Shown here in pieces: positions 24,877-37,170 of a stretch of 64,000 nt of DNA. The stretch spans positions 19,158,001 through 19,222,000 of the forward strand of contig NC_047062.1 of NCBI RefSeq assembly GCF_902459465.1. Direction: 5' to 3'. Numbering within the stretch: position 1 is the first letter of the stretch; the number at the start of each line of letters is the position of its first letter. The notes under the pieces were generated by a model. That model made no database searches. It was not told where the DNA came from and saw nothing but the letters and a program-made list of their open reading frames with translations. The translations under genes were made by a program, and so were the position numbers. The DNA is from Asterias rubens (Eukaryota).

Positions 24877-24983
24877 AATCATTGTGACAGACTCTCATAT
24901 TAGCGATGTCCTGAGCATGAAGAAATGAGTAGAAATTCCTGTCAGTTACATCTTCAGCTGATAGGTCAATGAACTCTTGAATC
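24877..24983 (-). CDS. NPAS3: NPAS1/3 ortholog, exon 8, PAS-B (KIQEFIDLSAEDVTDRNFYSFLHAQDIANMRVCHND)
   Basis: PAS-B motif. cttacag acceptor, gtaagt donor, phase 2 to 1. Confidence 0.93.
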
Positions 24984-25573
24984 CTGTAAGTACAAGAAAC
25001 ATGTCTTCAAAGGTGTGCATAACATTGGTCAGATTGAAATTATAAAGTGTTCACAGATTTGCACATGTCATAAAGACGGTCAGGCTGGAAAAACTTCCCA
25101 TTAAATTGTTTTGGTAAAACGTTTGAGAAATGAGTAAAAAGTTAGTTTATATCTGAGCCCCAAACTTTATTATTTGAAAATATTCCAACTTTAAAAACAA
25201 TTATTTTTAGGGCCTATATTTTGTCTTCTTCTTGTGATTCTGATGACTGTGTGAGCATATTATTTCACAGGTTGTTGTTTCATGTACGTGTTATGGTCAC
25301 ACAATGTGTGGATACTAGTCTTTGACAAATTCCAAAGTTATCTGCATGCCTAATAAACCAGTTTGTATGTTTTATTCCAGTTGATTTATCCGAATGCTAC
25401 CAGCTGATGTTACTAAATTTTCCACGTGTAATTAAACCTTCTCTAAATTGTACTATTTTACATTAACGGTGCCATACTCGAGGACAAGAAAATCTAAATG
25501 AATGTACTCTTCAAAAATCAATGAATACAGAACTGACACTTTCGTATTTATTTCTTTGCAATAAAATACTCAC

Positions 25574-25767
25574 TTAGCTTCACAGAAGACGATTGTGAAG
25601 TCTAGATCCAGCTTGCATACAAACATGGTTGGCTCTAGGTGGATCTCATTGATGGTGGGAGGTGGTAAGGACTGAGCCACGGCAGTGAAGCCCATGATGA
25701 CTGGGGAGTGGCGGGAATACTGAGTCAAGACTATACGAGGACGTAATGCACCGGTAATGTGGATCAC
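25574..25767 (-). CDS. NPAS3: NPAS1/3 ortholog, exon 7 (VIHITGALRP...AQSLPPPTINEI...MFVCKLDLDFTIVFCEA)
   Basis: End of PAS-A, linker and start of PAS-B. ttttag acceptor, gtgagt donor, phase 0 to 2. Confidence 0.95.
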
Positions 25768-26387
25768 CTAAAAACAGAGAAGGGTTTATCAAGAGAGAAA
25801 ATATCTTATAGATTAGTTACTATATTATAGTCACATCCATATCAACAGCTTTTGATGTGGTGAAGGCCAGACCACTGCAAAGGTCCATACGTCAATGCTG
25901 CAACGGCTGCTAACAGCTTTCAGCCATAGTTACTTCATCGAGACAATGCCTACCCTTGGTAAAAAGAAAATCACGCTTCAAACCTCTATAAATGTATTTT
26001 TTTTAAGAATTCAGGGGAAACAAATTATAAGCAGTTGTTTTTAACTTTCGACCTAAATTCAAAGTTTGTGTAACTAAGTTGGTCATATAGTATTTGAGGC
26101 ATTGCATAGTGAGGTATCAATGTATAATTTGGTTTGGGGTAACACCATGTGTGTATCTACTTGCCAGGTAGAGTTGTTCTTAGGGAACTGTCTTGCTTTA
26201 TTCTACTGCCGCGGAGTAGATAATAGGAGGTTCGGGAGACTTCTCAGTTCTGAAAAGAACTGTCCTGCTTTTAACTATTACCAATTGTTCATGTTTCTGA
26301 AAGGTGTGACAAACCATTTTGGTGATAATAACATTTCCAGAGCCCAAGGCTCACTTATTTATTCAGATCATTGAACAATTGTTAAAT

Positions 26388-26441
26388 GGTGTTCTCCTGA
26401 AGACGAGCAGAGCATACTGTACGAAACGTTGAGACCACACC
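26388..26441 (+). ncRNA. Minimal type I hammerhead ribozyme-like motif in a short retroelement remnant
   Basis: Reads GGTGT-TCTC-CTGAAGA-C-GAGCAG-AGCATA-CTGTAC-GAAA-CG-TT-GAGA-CC-ACACC. Core boxes, stem I, stem II and the palindromic ACGU stem III are all present. Confidence 0.65.
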
Positions 26442-27303
26442 AAGTCTTTTTGAGAACCAACACTCCCTCAAAAGAGATTTCACACATGGTTGTACTGGAA
26501 AGTCTACTATTCATATTAATATATATATAGCTACTCTTGAACAATTGTTGTTTGAGAAGAGATACTTCAAATAAAAGTTATAAAATAGCTGCTTAATCAA
26601 TTGTTGCATTACCCTTTGATGAAATTTGCAAATGCAAATGAATATGACAGAGCTAGCAAATCTGGATGATTAGATGCTTTAAAAATTTGAGTTTGTTTCC
26701 TGATTAGTAAATGTTTTGAATAGTATTGTGGTTTTGGTGGGTATCTTGTTTCTTATTGGGTGAGAAAAACTCAGGTCGCATCTAAGATGAAAGATTTGGA
26801 TGTCCATCTCTTGGGGACTACGGGGCACGTTCATGAACTTTTGAGGAGGTGAGGGGGTTTGGCTTGGGGCAAGTTACATTTCCACTTGCAACAATTTATT
26901 AAAGCTCTCACTATCAATCAGTTCTGTTTTGTTAACGAGTCAGCAATTTGGTACTTGCTTGGCATCCTGTCAAGAAAAATAAAAAAAAGTTACTAAAGAT
27001 TTTTTTAATGTTTTTATTTTTATTTTACCAGGACTGGATTTGTATCTTATTTGCAAAACAGGGTCAAATTGTTGGCTGGCTGCATTGTAATAAGAGTCTC
27101 AAAACAGATTGAAGCTGCAACAGTTAGACTGTGCAAGACAATAATTTGAAAACTGGGACCTGTAAAAGTGCCTGAGTTTGTGTCCTTCCAGTACAAAACC
27201 AATATAAGTGGGACGTAAGTGGTCAAAAAGAAATGTGTACACGTGCAAGACTTGTGCTTGTCTATTAAAAGTTTTCACTTTAAATGGGCTGAGAGATCTG
27301 TAC

Positions 27304-27419
27304 CTTATAGCCAGATGATTTAATGTGAACACCTCTCTTGGTCAGGGTGGATTTCATTCTGATGACGAAGCTTCGATGGTAGTTGGAGTCGGGTGAAGAC
27401 ATGTTCAGTGACAGGGCCG
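27304..27419 (-). CDS. NPAS3: NPAS1/3 ortholog, exon 6, PAS-A ([24 protein letters not shown])
   Basis: Near-invariant NPAS1/3-Trh motif. GT-AG, phase 1 to 0. Confidence 0.96.
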
Positions 27420-28307
27420 CTAAAATTGAAGAGTAAGAAGGGAAGACAAATTAATCAAAGTAGGCATAGCATAAGTTTGTTTTTTAAAGTGTGAAAGACA
27501 AGAAACTTTATTTTTGTGTATAATTTTTTTCATGGGAAAAATTCACACGTGAATCCTTTTGATACTGTTGCAGAGTGAATCAAAAGTTTTTGTTGCAACA
27601 TTGCATCTTTTCACCGTTATTCACAATGACGGGCAAGTGTGAAATAAAGTTTCTAATTCAAGAGTGTTTCAACTTCTTTGCCATAACAGAAACAGAAAAC
27701 CACAAAATTGTTGTTTTCTCCATTAATAACTCAAATTTAATTCAATAAACAAAACTTCATCGCAATCCATCATTTTTGAACATCCACAGAGAGTGCCGGC
27801 AGGGGAATTAAAAACATTTTCATACTTAGTGACTGCACGCCACAGACAGACTTGTCTTGGATTTGGAAACCACTCCTGCACGCTAAGATGGTTTCCTTCA
27901 TGCCAACCCCCAACTAATCAGCATCCCTTATCGTTAAGATGTTCTCTGATGCAATCCAAATGATTCAAAACATCTAGTTTGTTAAATGTACATATCCTGT
28001 CTTCTTTTCCGATGTCGTTCATTTTCAACCCACGCTGGGACAAAAATACGGAAGAACCCAACAGGATGAAATTAAAAAGTGCAGGATTTTTAATTTCCAT
28101 AGTATCTAATGGGCGTGTCTATGTGTGTTTCCTCAGGGTATCTGTCAATGCTAATACAAGGGTCAGATATGAGTTCAAGTTCTGTCTTAAGAAGCTGATG
28201 GATTAACCTGATTAGGGAGTTGACAATTTGACTTGACACACTTTCATACACAGTAAAAGTTTCGAATATTAATCCATGGAAATTTGCTTCAGGGATAAAA
28301 AAAATAT

Positions 28308-28432
28308 AAATTTTGGTTTTACCCATATATACACAGGTACTTTTCCGAGCTCTGTGAAAAAAATCACAGGCATACTACTTGGGTGGGTGGGATTCCATAC
28401 CCACAACCTTTGTGAATTATCATCTCACAAAA
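28308..28432 (-). mobile_element. Degenerate tRNA-related SINE-like repeat (family 2)
   Basis: Matches the 42680-42899 copy (TTTTGGTTTTACCCATA...GTGAAAAAAATCACAGGCAT). Confidence 0.7.
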
Positions 28433-28469
28433 AGTAAACTTCTTTGTTTTGCTTCAGGTCTCTCTTTTT

Positions 28470-28620
28470 GTTATGCAGTATCGGAATTGGTGGTTAGAGC
28501 AACTGCTAAGGCTGTTGCTAGGGGTGTTGATATGCATGTCCCATACTTCAACGCATGATGATATGACCATCCAGCCATACCAATAGCTGTAGCGGCCAAT
28601 TCGGACACACCACACTGCCA
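28470..28620. mobile_element. Degenerate Harbinger-like MITE, same family as 39304
   Basis: Shares GGCTACAGCTA, CATGCGTTGAAGTAT and TAGCAACAGCC blocks with 39304-39437. Confidence 0.7.
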
Positions 28621-29771
28621 TACATAGATTTGAATGAATCAAGATGTTTCAAAGCATTCATTTATGTATAATCATCAGCTTATGCTCAGGTATGGCTGAT
28701 ACTGATTTTATTACACAGAGTTCTCACTAACAATTTCTCTGGGGGAAAAGTAAGAAGAGAAATATGGTTACATTTTAGAATGCATTAGCCACGTAAACGT
28801 AGAAAACACTAGAAAATATAAACTTTGTGCATAATCTTACGTTGACCTATTTGGTTACGAGAAAGTGGGTCAAAAGGGTCATAACATTGCATAATCCAAA
28901 CTTTCTTTATCATTTTTAATTTGCAGATGATGATGTAGCCAATGGTGAATCCCTCTGAACCAAGTCTGTTTGAACTTGAAGTGAGCCAAAAATCAACCAC
29001 CAGTGAGCTTTTCGCACGACTGGCTACCTTCACAATTCTCCGCCTGATAAACTTCCAAGACTGATATCCTTCAATACAAACCCAGAAAAATATCCAGCCG
29101 AAAATGTTTCTATCGCTTCCTTGAAGAAACAGACTGGATCATAAATAAAACACACCGAGATTTCTTGGCCCATCACAAGGGTTTAGGACTGGTATTAGTC
29201 AGCCTGTACTGGGGAGTGGTGTCCCTAGAGTGCAATAGGCCGTTATCTGGTTGTAATAATCACATTAATATGTACAGCAAATTTGAAGGCGTTCTCTGAG
29301 GACAGGCTTGGCTTTGCTTGACTGGCTAATACATATAGATTATCTCATTGTAGTTAATGTAGGTGCTAGCGCTGAATAATTTCCCATCCTTTAGCCCGAT
29401 GCATCATAATGGTGAATCTATTTGGGACAAACCCTCCTGAGAGTTTCCGGGATTGTTTTTTGTGTGGTAATTGTATGCGTATTTCTGAACCCGCAGTGTT
29501 TTCTTTGTAGGGATTTGAATCAGTATTGACTACATCATTTAAATGGGGGAAAACACTGTCTGTGGTTGATATAAGAGCTGTTCATGTCTGGTTTAGTTAC
29601 TAAGCCTTTTAAGGAACAGATTTTGCACATAAACAAAATAACACTTATGAAATTTTCCTCCTGTTTCATAGATAAGTCATTTTTAAAAGATTTTGATTTC
29701 CTTTGTAGAAAGGAAGGACTGTTTTATTTTACTTGATTTTATTTTACTAATTATTGGAAACTGTCAACTAA

Positions 29772-30137
29772 AGGCAGTGGACACTATTGGTAATTACGCA
29801 AAATAATTATTAGCATAAAACCTTACATGGTAACGAGTAATGGGGAGATGGTATAAAACATTGTGAGAAACGGCTCCCTCTAAAGTGACGCAGTTTTCGA
29901 GAAAGAAGTAATTTTCCACGAATTTGATTTCGAGACCTCAAGGTTAGAACTTGAGGTCTCGAAATCAAGCATCTGAAAGCACACAACTTCGTGTGACAAG
30001 GGTGTTTTTTCTTTCATTATTATCTCGCAACTTCGACGACCGATTGAGCTCAAATTTTCACAGGTTGGTTATTTTATGTTGAGGTACACCAAGTGAGAAG
30101 ACTGGTTATTGACAATTACCAATAGCGTCCACTGTCT
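29772..30137. mobile_element. Kolobok/T2-like MITE (family A), full length
   Basis: AGGCAGTGGACACTATTGGTAATT...AATTACCAATAGCGTCCACTGTCT-TTAA. Confidence 0.9.
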
Positions 30138-30331
30138 TTAAGGAATCTTATCCCTAAAACTGGCAACCAAAATTAGGCCTCCCCCCCCCTTACTTTGATG
30201 TTCCTATTTTTTAAAAGGTTTTTTAAAAAAGGGTTGATAGTATTTTTGTTTGAAGTTTGTGTATATAGCTCCACAAAACTTGTATCAAAACTTGTATGAT
30301 GAATTGCTGGCAAGTAGGTATACGCAAACAT

Positions 30332-30600
30332 ATATGTGACCATCCACCACCAATGGGCTGTAAAGTTGACACTTTTACTGTTATGGGCTCAATGCGTTTT
30401 TGGAGAGAGTGTGTAATCAGCTTCAAAATGATACCATCCACATTTAAATCAGACTTTTCTTGACGAAGTTATGATTTCTCAAAGCCACCTACTTTTTTAT
30501 TCAGATTTCTCAAAGATTTCTTGAAAACCCAAACAATTTAATAGGCTCTGCAATGTACAAGTGCAACTTTACAGCCTATTGGTGGTGGATGGTCACATAT
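30332..30600. mobile_element. MITE with ~42-bp TIRs (ATATGTGACCATCCACCACCAA...)
   Basis: Near-perfect inverted ends at 30332-30375 and 30559-30600. Superfamily not assigned. Confidence 0.8.
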
Positions 30601-30843
30601 TATATTGAAACCTCAACATGCATTGCCTTAAATCATATACATATGCTTCAATCATATTTACCCCCCTAATTTTTATTTTATTTTAATTCTTATAGAAAAT
30701 TCCATACATTTCAGCTGTGCCTTTGAATGCTATAACATTGCAACAAACGTTTGCTGGCCAACAAACAATGAATAATATAATAATGAAATTGTAAATGATG
30801 CCAATACAAGGGTCACAAAGTGTTCTACAAGAGTATGTTAAGC

Positions 30844-31041
30844 CAGGGCCTAATTTCATAAAGCTGCTCAGCAGAAAATACTGCTTGACAAATTTCATTG
30901 TTCAGCAAAAATAGAGTGGGGGCACCAGCCAGAACAATGCAAACTGAACATTATTTTGGCTGGTAACCTACTTCTGCTAAGCAATACTATTCTGTGCTTA
31001 GCAAGTTTATGTGCTTACAGGCTTCACAAAACTGGGCCCAG
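30844..31041. mobile_element. MITE with GGCC TIRs and CAG direct flanks
   Basis: CAG-GGCCTAATTTCA...AAACTGGGCC-CAG. Same family as 14783. Confidence 0.85.
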
Positions 31042-31232
31042 GTAAGCATTCCTTTTTTTTGTGATTGTAATAAGTGGTATTAATGCACTGCATATGGATT
31101 GTTGGGATGGTAAGAAATAACTAATAGAATGAGAACAGCACTAAGGCCTCCACAGCTGTTACAAAACCAGAACTAGCTGCGGATAAAACTTCTACTTTAA
31201 TATCAAAAGGAAATGCCAATACAATCTTTAAT

Positions 31233-31665
31233 GGAAGTGTTGTGGCAGAGCGATTAAGAGCACTGGATTCTAACTCTGGTGTTTCTGATCAGCAGAGTGT
31301 GGGTTCGAATCCCCAGCCGTGACACTAGTGTCCTTAAGCAAGACACTGGACCATTGCCTCGTCCTTATGGGATGGGACGTAAATCCGTTGGTCCCATGTG
31401 TTGTGTAACGCATGTAAAAAAAACAAACAAAAAACAGTGCACTTATCGAAAAGAGAAGGGGTTCGCCCGGGTGTTCCTGGCTGTGGTTGCTGTATGCCCT
31501 GTAGCACCTTGTTAATAACCCTTAGGTGCTAAATAATTGGGTCTCAGAATTCATCACTGCAATAACCTTTTTGATAGTTTGTACACACTCAGTGCCTTGA
31601 GTACCTTGTTTGGTGGTACGTGCGCTAGATAAGACTCTGATATTATTATCATTATTATTATTTTA
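31233..31665 (+). mobile_element. Full-length tRNA-derived SINE (family 1)
   Basis: A-box TGTGGCAGAGCGATT, B-box GGTTCGAATCCC, central GTGTCCTTAAGCAAGACAC and GTAAAA..AGAAGGGGTTCGCCC, (ATT)n tail. Confidence 0.9.
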
Positions 31666-34600
31666 AATTAAAAGTAATTGAGAAAGTAGAATTAGCTGTT
31701 GCAAACAACTTACTAACCAATCGGACCGATGGTATAAAAGCAAAAAAGAGTTAATGTCCTAATGTTTCGACCCTAGCCTTTGAGAAAGCGTCAAAATATC
31801 AGGCCATTCACTATTTTTTGCAACTATTACTATTAATACCAAAAAATAAAACTATGTCAATTTTCCTTTGTTCAAATTCCAAATTATTTTAAATCTACCC
31901 AATCAGTTTTCATTGTGGTTTATAACTTTGAAAAAAGAAGATAGTATTCTGTTGACTTTCTGTTTATTAGTTTATTTGCTGTTTTTGACTAAAAATTCAG
32001 TCTTAATGTTTCCAAAAATGTATTTTGAATGTGCATTAAAAAAATCAAGAGCTACTTGCCAACAAGTGGCTTGTAAGTTTGTTCATCCCTAAAACTTTGC
32101 ATACATTCTTCTGGGAAACTTGCCTCTCGTCAAAATGCAAAACTGCCGCTTGGGAACTCATTGGATTCTGTGAAAAGATATCTCCAAGATTTACGGGATT
32201 TGAAATCCTTCAAAAAATGAGCCTCAGGGGAAAAATACAATTACCTTCGTAATTTCACACTAATAACAATTTATTACCTTGAAGTACAAAGGATTAGATC
32301 TGAATTTATAAATGTATAACTTAAGTATGAACAAGAAAAGATAAAATAGTGCATTTCTATCAACACTAAAGGTCCATATTTCATCATCATGCCATAAACG
32401 AAAGATAAAAAACAGGAAGATGAAACACCCTGCTTGTTTTTTTCTTCTGTTTTAGTTTTTAAAATAATACCACTCCTGCATGTCTTCATGCCTTGGTTTG
32501 AATAAGTACTAAAAACTTATTTTAACCTTGTGTCCCCTATTTGGACTATCCCCGGCGACTCCAGAGTGTGTAATCATGTGCACACTCCTAACAAGATCCC
32601 GTTTGTCACACGACATGTACTCCCAAACCCAATGCACCCCATGGGCAGCCGGTTATACACACTCTTGCCCGACTTGCCTTGCCTTCAAATTTGTGGAGTG
32701 CTGGCGTCCAATTTGCATGGCAATGCCTCGATTAGCATTTGGCCCCCGTCAGTCCAATTCAGCTCACATCGTTTGTGCTGAGCGGAGACGCTTATTGCTA
32801 TGCATTTCAATCAGGTGGGAGCATATGCTCAAGAGTCATCGCGTGGACGGCACTCATCAAACTTTCAGCACCTCACACCCAGTCCCTTTCAAATTTAATC
32901 AGTTGTGCGTGAGCGGTTTCGGACCAGATTGACATTTGAATGTTGCTTAATGTTGCGGGCTGTGTGGTGCCTGAGACTTAAAAATAAAGGGAAGAATCAA
33001 GCCGCACCGTTCCTTCGAGACCCCCTAGGCAAATTTGCAAGCAAGCTGTTGCCTGGTTCGAGTTATACAATGTGTGAAGTGTGGAAATGCGATAGGCATG
33101 TAGCGTTGGATTCGCACAGGGGTGTGCAATGGCCACAGGGAGTGCAGCAATCCAAAGCTCTGTATTTGTTTGAAAGCCACAAATCCATACTTTTGTTTGA
33201 CAAGAATAGTATCGTTTACTAAGCTGCTATCGATATCACTTTCCAAGTGAAACATCCCCACTTTGCTAGCGGGCTAGCCAGCCTATTATATTAACACCTC
33301 ATTGTACTTTGCGAGGAAGTAAATCAACAATGTATTATCACTTACTAATAACTGCAGGCAAGGTGAAGATGACAAAGTAATAAATTTGTTCTTAGGCAGA
33401 AGTTGGAATAACATGGAAAGATCAACATCACGCCAATGTCTTCTTCCGATTCTACCTGTTCCCAGAAACTAACAAAATGTGCACATTCAGTCTTCCAAAT
33501 CAATCTCATTCTCTCTTTACACAGGAAGGAAAAGATCTGTCTCATCTTTTCATGTGCTCGTCGTTATTTTGTTTGTAATTAATGCCTGGTGTAATTAATG
33601 TGTTGTTCTCATTGCTTGCTCTTCATTTTCAGATTCTAATTACTCCCACACCTTTCTCCAATAATCCATCTATTCTTGTTACTCTTTTTCTCATCCATCA
33701 TCTCCGTCCACCATCTCCTTCCCCCCTCCCATCTGCCTTCCCTGACTTTTCCCGCTCATCATCCCCAGGCTTTGTTCTATGTCTTCGTCCTCCACAAGCT
33801 CATGCTCCGTAAAACCCCTGCTGCATCCGCATGGAATGAGGTTAGTGTATGCATCTCATCTCATTAAGACCATCATGGCTGATACAACAGACAGATCTTG
33901 CCTTCGCCCCCACGGGGACCAAGGCTGAGCTAATCACATCTGACCATGACCCAATAGGCACAGCGCCCCACTGCGGATTGACTCAATCTAAATTCATGAA
34001 GTTTTGATGACTTCACTTTCTTGAAGCATCCAGTAAACAGTGTCCAGCCCGTGCATGTCTCGCACACGTCCCCCTTCCCCTCTTAAAAACCCAACAAAAC
34101 AACCTACCAGATACTGTTAAAAGTGGTACTGGAATACAGTGAGATGGAAATGTGACCATCCTGACGATGCAGTTTAATTATATGATGATCTGAAAAAAAG
34201 GAGGTGTGGAAACAAGTGTTTCCTCTGTAATAAAGCTCCTTGACTCGAGTGTCAGGCGAGCGCGCTGACTAACCGCAGATCGGGTCCATTCAAGGGCCAT
34301 CCCTCCACGATGATACTACGTGAATACGGTGCAAAACTGAACACATCCAGCACGAATAATAACAATTGGCATTGGCATCAGGTAGCTGGCAAGACACTTA
34401 TATCACTGCTATCACCGGTACCCCTACTCTCGTGGGGACAGTGGCTCGTTATTATACGACTTCAATTAAACCACACACAAAAACACTTGAAGAAGACGCA
34501 CGCAAGAGATGATACAAAGTTGGTCTGTCAACACTCAAAGTCTCCTTTCTAATGGGAGGTATTTCTGTGTTTGTTTTAGCGCTACCTTCCAAAACACTTC

Positions 34601-35417
34601 TCTAAATGACGTTAAATGTGCTCTGAATCGCCAATAGTGGAACACCCTTCAATTATGGATGCATTCTGTCAAACAGAATCGGATACTATTCAATCATCAA
34701 TATAGAGAGTGTTAAGAAACTTTATAGAAGCGTTTTCCCTCAGAAGTTCAGAAACATTTTTTGCCCAATTTTATGACATATTTAACAAATTAAAAAAACC
34801 ACACTTTAAACTTGACTGGAAAAATTATCTGAAAACACAATAGGGTCTTAACGGCACAGGACACCTTTGGTAAGTGTCAAAGACCAGTGCACAAAAAAAA
34901 CCTGTGTAAATTTATGAAGGACAAAGTCTTTTCATCTGAAATGCAACACCCAGGAGATACTGTGGATATTCGTCTTTGGATAAATACTTGCTTATCTAAG
35001 CGAGATACAACCTTTTGACAATTTCAAAACCCTGTAACTCGCTACTTTAGGTGATACAACAATTTTGCACAGACACAACGATATGACAATATATAAACAC
35101 CTAGGGTGACAGGGATGGGAGTAATTTCTGACAAAAAAAGTCTGAAACTGGGATCCAGACCCTGTGAGGTAAATTGAAATGATGGAACGCCCACCTTTTG
35201 ATTACCCCTGGAGTTATAGATTCCATTGAGCTTTTGGGTAACGGTATCCTCAGTAGAGAAGTGGATCAAATAGTATGACTTATTTTATTTTATTTCGATA
35301 AAAACATAGGATTTTTAATATAAGACTTTAAAACATCTGAATTCAGATCAAAGTCTGAAACATCTCATCCCTGAGTGGACCCAAACTAACAATGACAAAT
35401 TTATAATCATGACTTAC

Positions 35418-35604
35418 AATCACTATGCGTTGGAGAGGTGGGCGACGACACGGGTGATGACTGGCAACCATCACTGCTACCGGTACCCACCGATGTCTGG
35501 GATATAGTCCGGGATGGGGGTAACTTCATACCCAGTTGTTCCGCCACCTCGGCGTGGTCACCAGCGTGGACATAGTCAAAGAAACTACTCCCTGTCAACT
35601 CAAC
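35418..35604 (-). CDS. NPAS3: NPAS1/3 ortholog, exon 5, PAS-A ([26 protein letters not shown]...)
   Basis: Matches the NPAS3 [22 protein letters not shown] motif. tcacag acceptor, gtaagt donor, phase 0 to 1. Confidence 0.96.
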
Positions 35605-36520
35605 CTGTGAGTCAAGGAAAATCAAGAAGATCAAGATTTTGGTAGTTGAATAACAAATTCATTTTTAAGGTAATACCATTTTGAGATCAATTTATTTCAG
35701 TAGGAATAATTAGTTACTGTTTGCAAATTGACATAGAGTGCACATTTTTGATCAAACATTGTCACACTTTCAACAAACCCACAATACAATACCCAAAACA
35801 TTCGTTTAACTCAAAGTCTAAATAGTCCTGTATTAAAACATTTTTGTTTAATGTCTGTATCCAACAATAATATTCCATTGTTGAATATTAAGAAGAAGAG
35901 AAACAGCATAGGAAAAAAATATTCTGAATCACCAGCTCAACTACTGTGGTATTTATGCACACTTCCCCGTTTTTAAATTTCGAAGGCTTCACAGCAGCGT
36001 GTGCAATTCATTCATTTATTCCTTTAATCAAGAAGCATTTAGGCTTTTAATGCCCACCTTAATGGTGAGCAATCACTTCACCCATGGCATCGGTATGCGG
36101 TACAACCCACTCCCAGAAGTATCTGTTCATATCAAAGCACTTTTGCCTGAGAGAGGTTCGAATAGGAGGGGGGGGGGATAGGAGGAAGGGTGAGTGTAGA
36201 TCTTGCGGCAGGGAGATGCCCTGAAGACCCGACAGTCAAATAGAACCAAGGAGTTTAAAGAATCACTCATTTCATTTAGAAGCAATTTGCGGATGGAGAT
36301 CAGTGTAAATAGGGTGTGTACTTTTTGGAAGCCGATGAATTCTAACAGGATACCTTGTGTGTGCTCGAGGTCAATAGGCCAAGTATGCATCCACAGGGGT
36401 AGAGTACCCGGACTGCTTCAAGCATTACAAAGTGATTTGTGATAATGGAACCTGAATTACACACCCTTTGGACAATGTAGTATGTTCTTCGTTTTCTTTT
36501 TTATGCAGTTTTGCAAGCAA

Positions 36521-36990
36521 TTAATAACGGAATCAATGTGTGGTGAAGAGGTTTTCAACTAGTGGTTTAAACCCAATGAGGCGGGTTTAAACCACTAGTT
36601 AAAAACCGATTCAACACACTTTGATTCCCATTCATAAATACACTTTTTGGTCAAAAACTAAAATAAATGCAAAATTGTATTGTTCAATGATTTCTTTCAA
36701 CACAACACCCCTCCAGCTATGAAATGGTAAGGCCCTCAGATAAACAACTCCTTTTAAGGGAATGCTGTGCGCGTCGCGCGTATCGCGTGATGTGGCACAA
36801 CTGCCGCGGCCGTTGCTCTCGACCAATAGGAATGAAGAAACTGTGTTATAAGCACAGGTGCAAGCTCGCGTGTCACGCCCATGTTTCAACACTTTTTACT
36901 GGTCATTAGCAAAGGTTAATACACACCCACGTGACGAGCTCTCCACCAATAGGAATAGCGAAACTGTCTGAGGTATTTATGAATATAAAT
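36521..36990. mobile_element. Composite interspersed repeat with an 18-bp perfect subterminal hairpin
   Basis: Arms AACTAGTGGTTTAAACCC (36557-36574) and GGGTTTAAACCACTAGTT (36583-36600). Related inverted fragment at about 58430-58540. Confidence 0.6.
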
Positions 36991-37124
36991 GTTAACCTAC
37001 AGCAGTCTAAGTACTCTCCTACAGGAGGGTATACCTCCTCCCCATTTGTACCTTATTATATTTTTCTTTACTATTATAACTGTTATTATTTAATGTATGT
37101 TTCAAGGTGTGCAAATGGAAATAA

Positions 37125-37170
37125 ACTAAACAAACAAACAAACAAACAAACAAACAAACAAACAAACAGA
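37125..37170. repeat. (AAAC)n microsatellite
   Basis: Read directly. Confidence 0.95.

Noticed and set aside
27357-27380. CTGATGA hammerhead-like box
   Set aside because: It lies antisense within exon 6 and no GAAA or stems follow.
28609-28620. 12-nt match to the 5' end of miR-34 (TGGCAGTGTGGT, minus strand)
   Set aside because: The match stops at 12 nt, there is no precursor hairpin, and it lies at the end of a decayed MITE.
31233-31320. tRNA gene (also 43260-43348 and 42780-42860)
   Set aside because: There is no complete cloverleaf and the sequence continues into a shared SINE body and tail.
31755-31810. GTTTCGACCCTAG...CTTTGAGAAAG, resembling a Penelope-type ribozyme remnant
   Set aside because: A GAAAC half is present on the minus strand but there is no recognisable CUGANGA box or stems. 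It is too degraded to call.
32528-33222. 134-aa and 105-aa plus-strand ORFs
   Set aside because: Cys/Trp/Arg-rich composition typical of non-coding GC-rich DNA, antisense within an intron, with no homology recognised.
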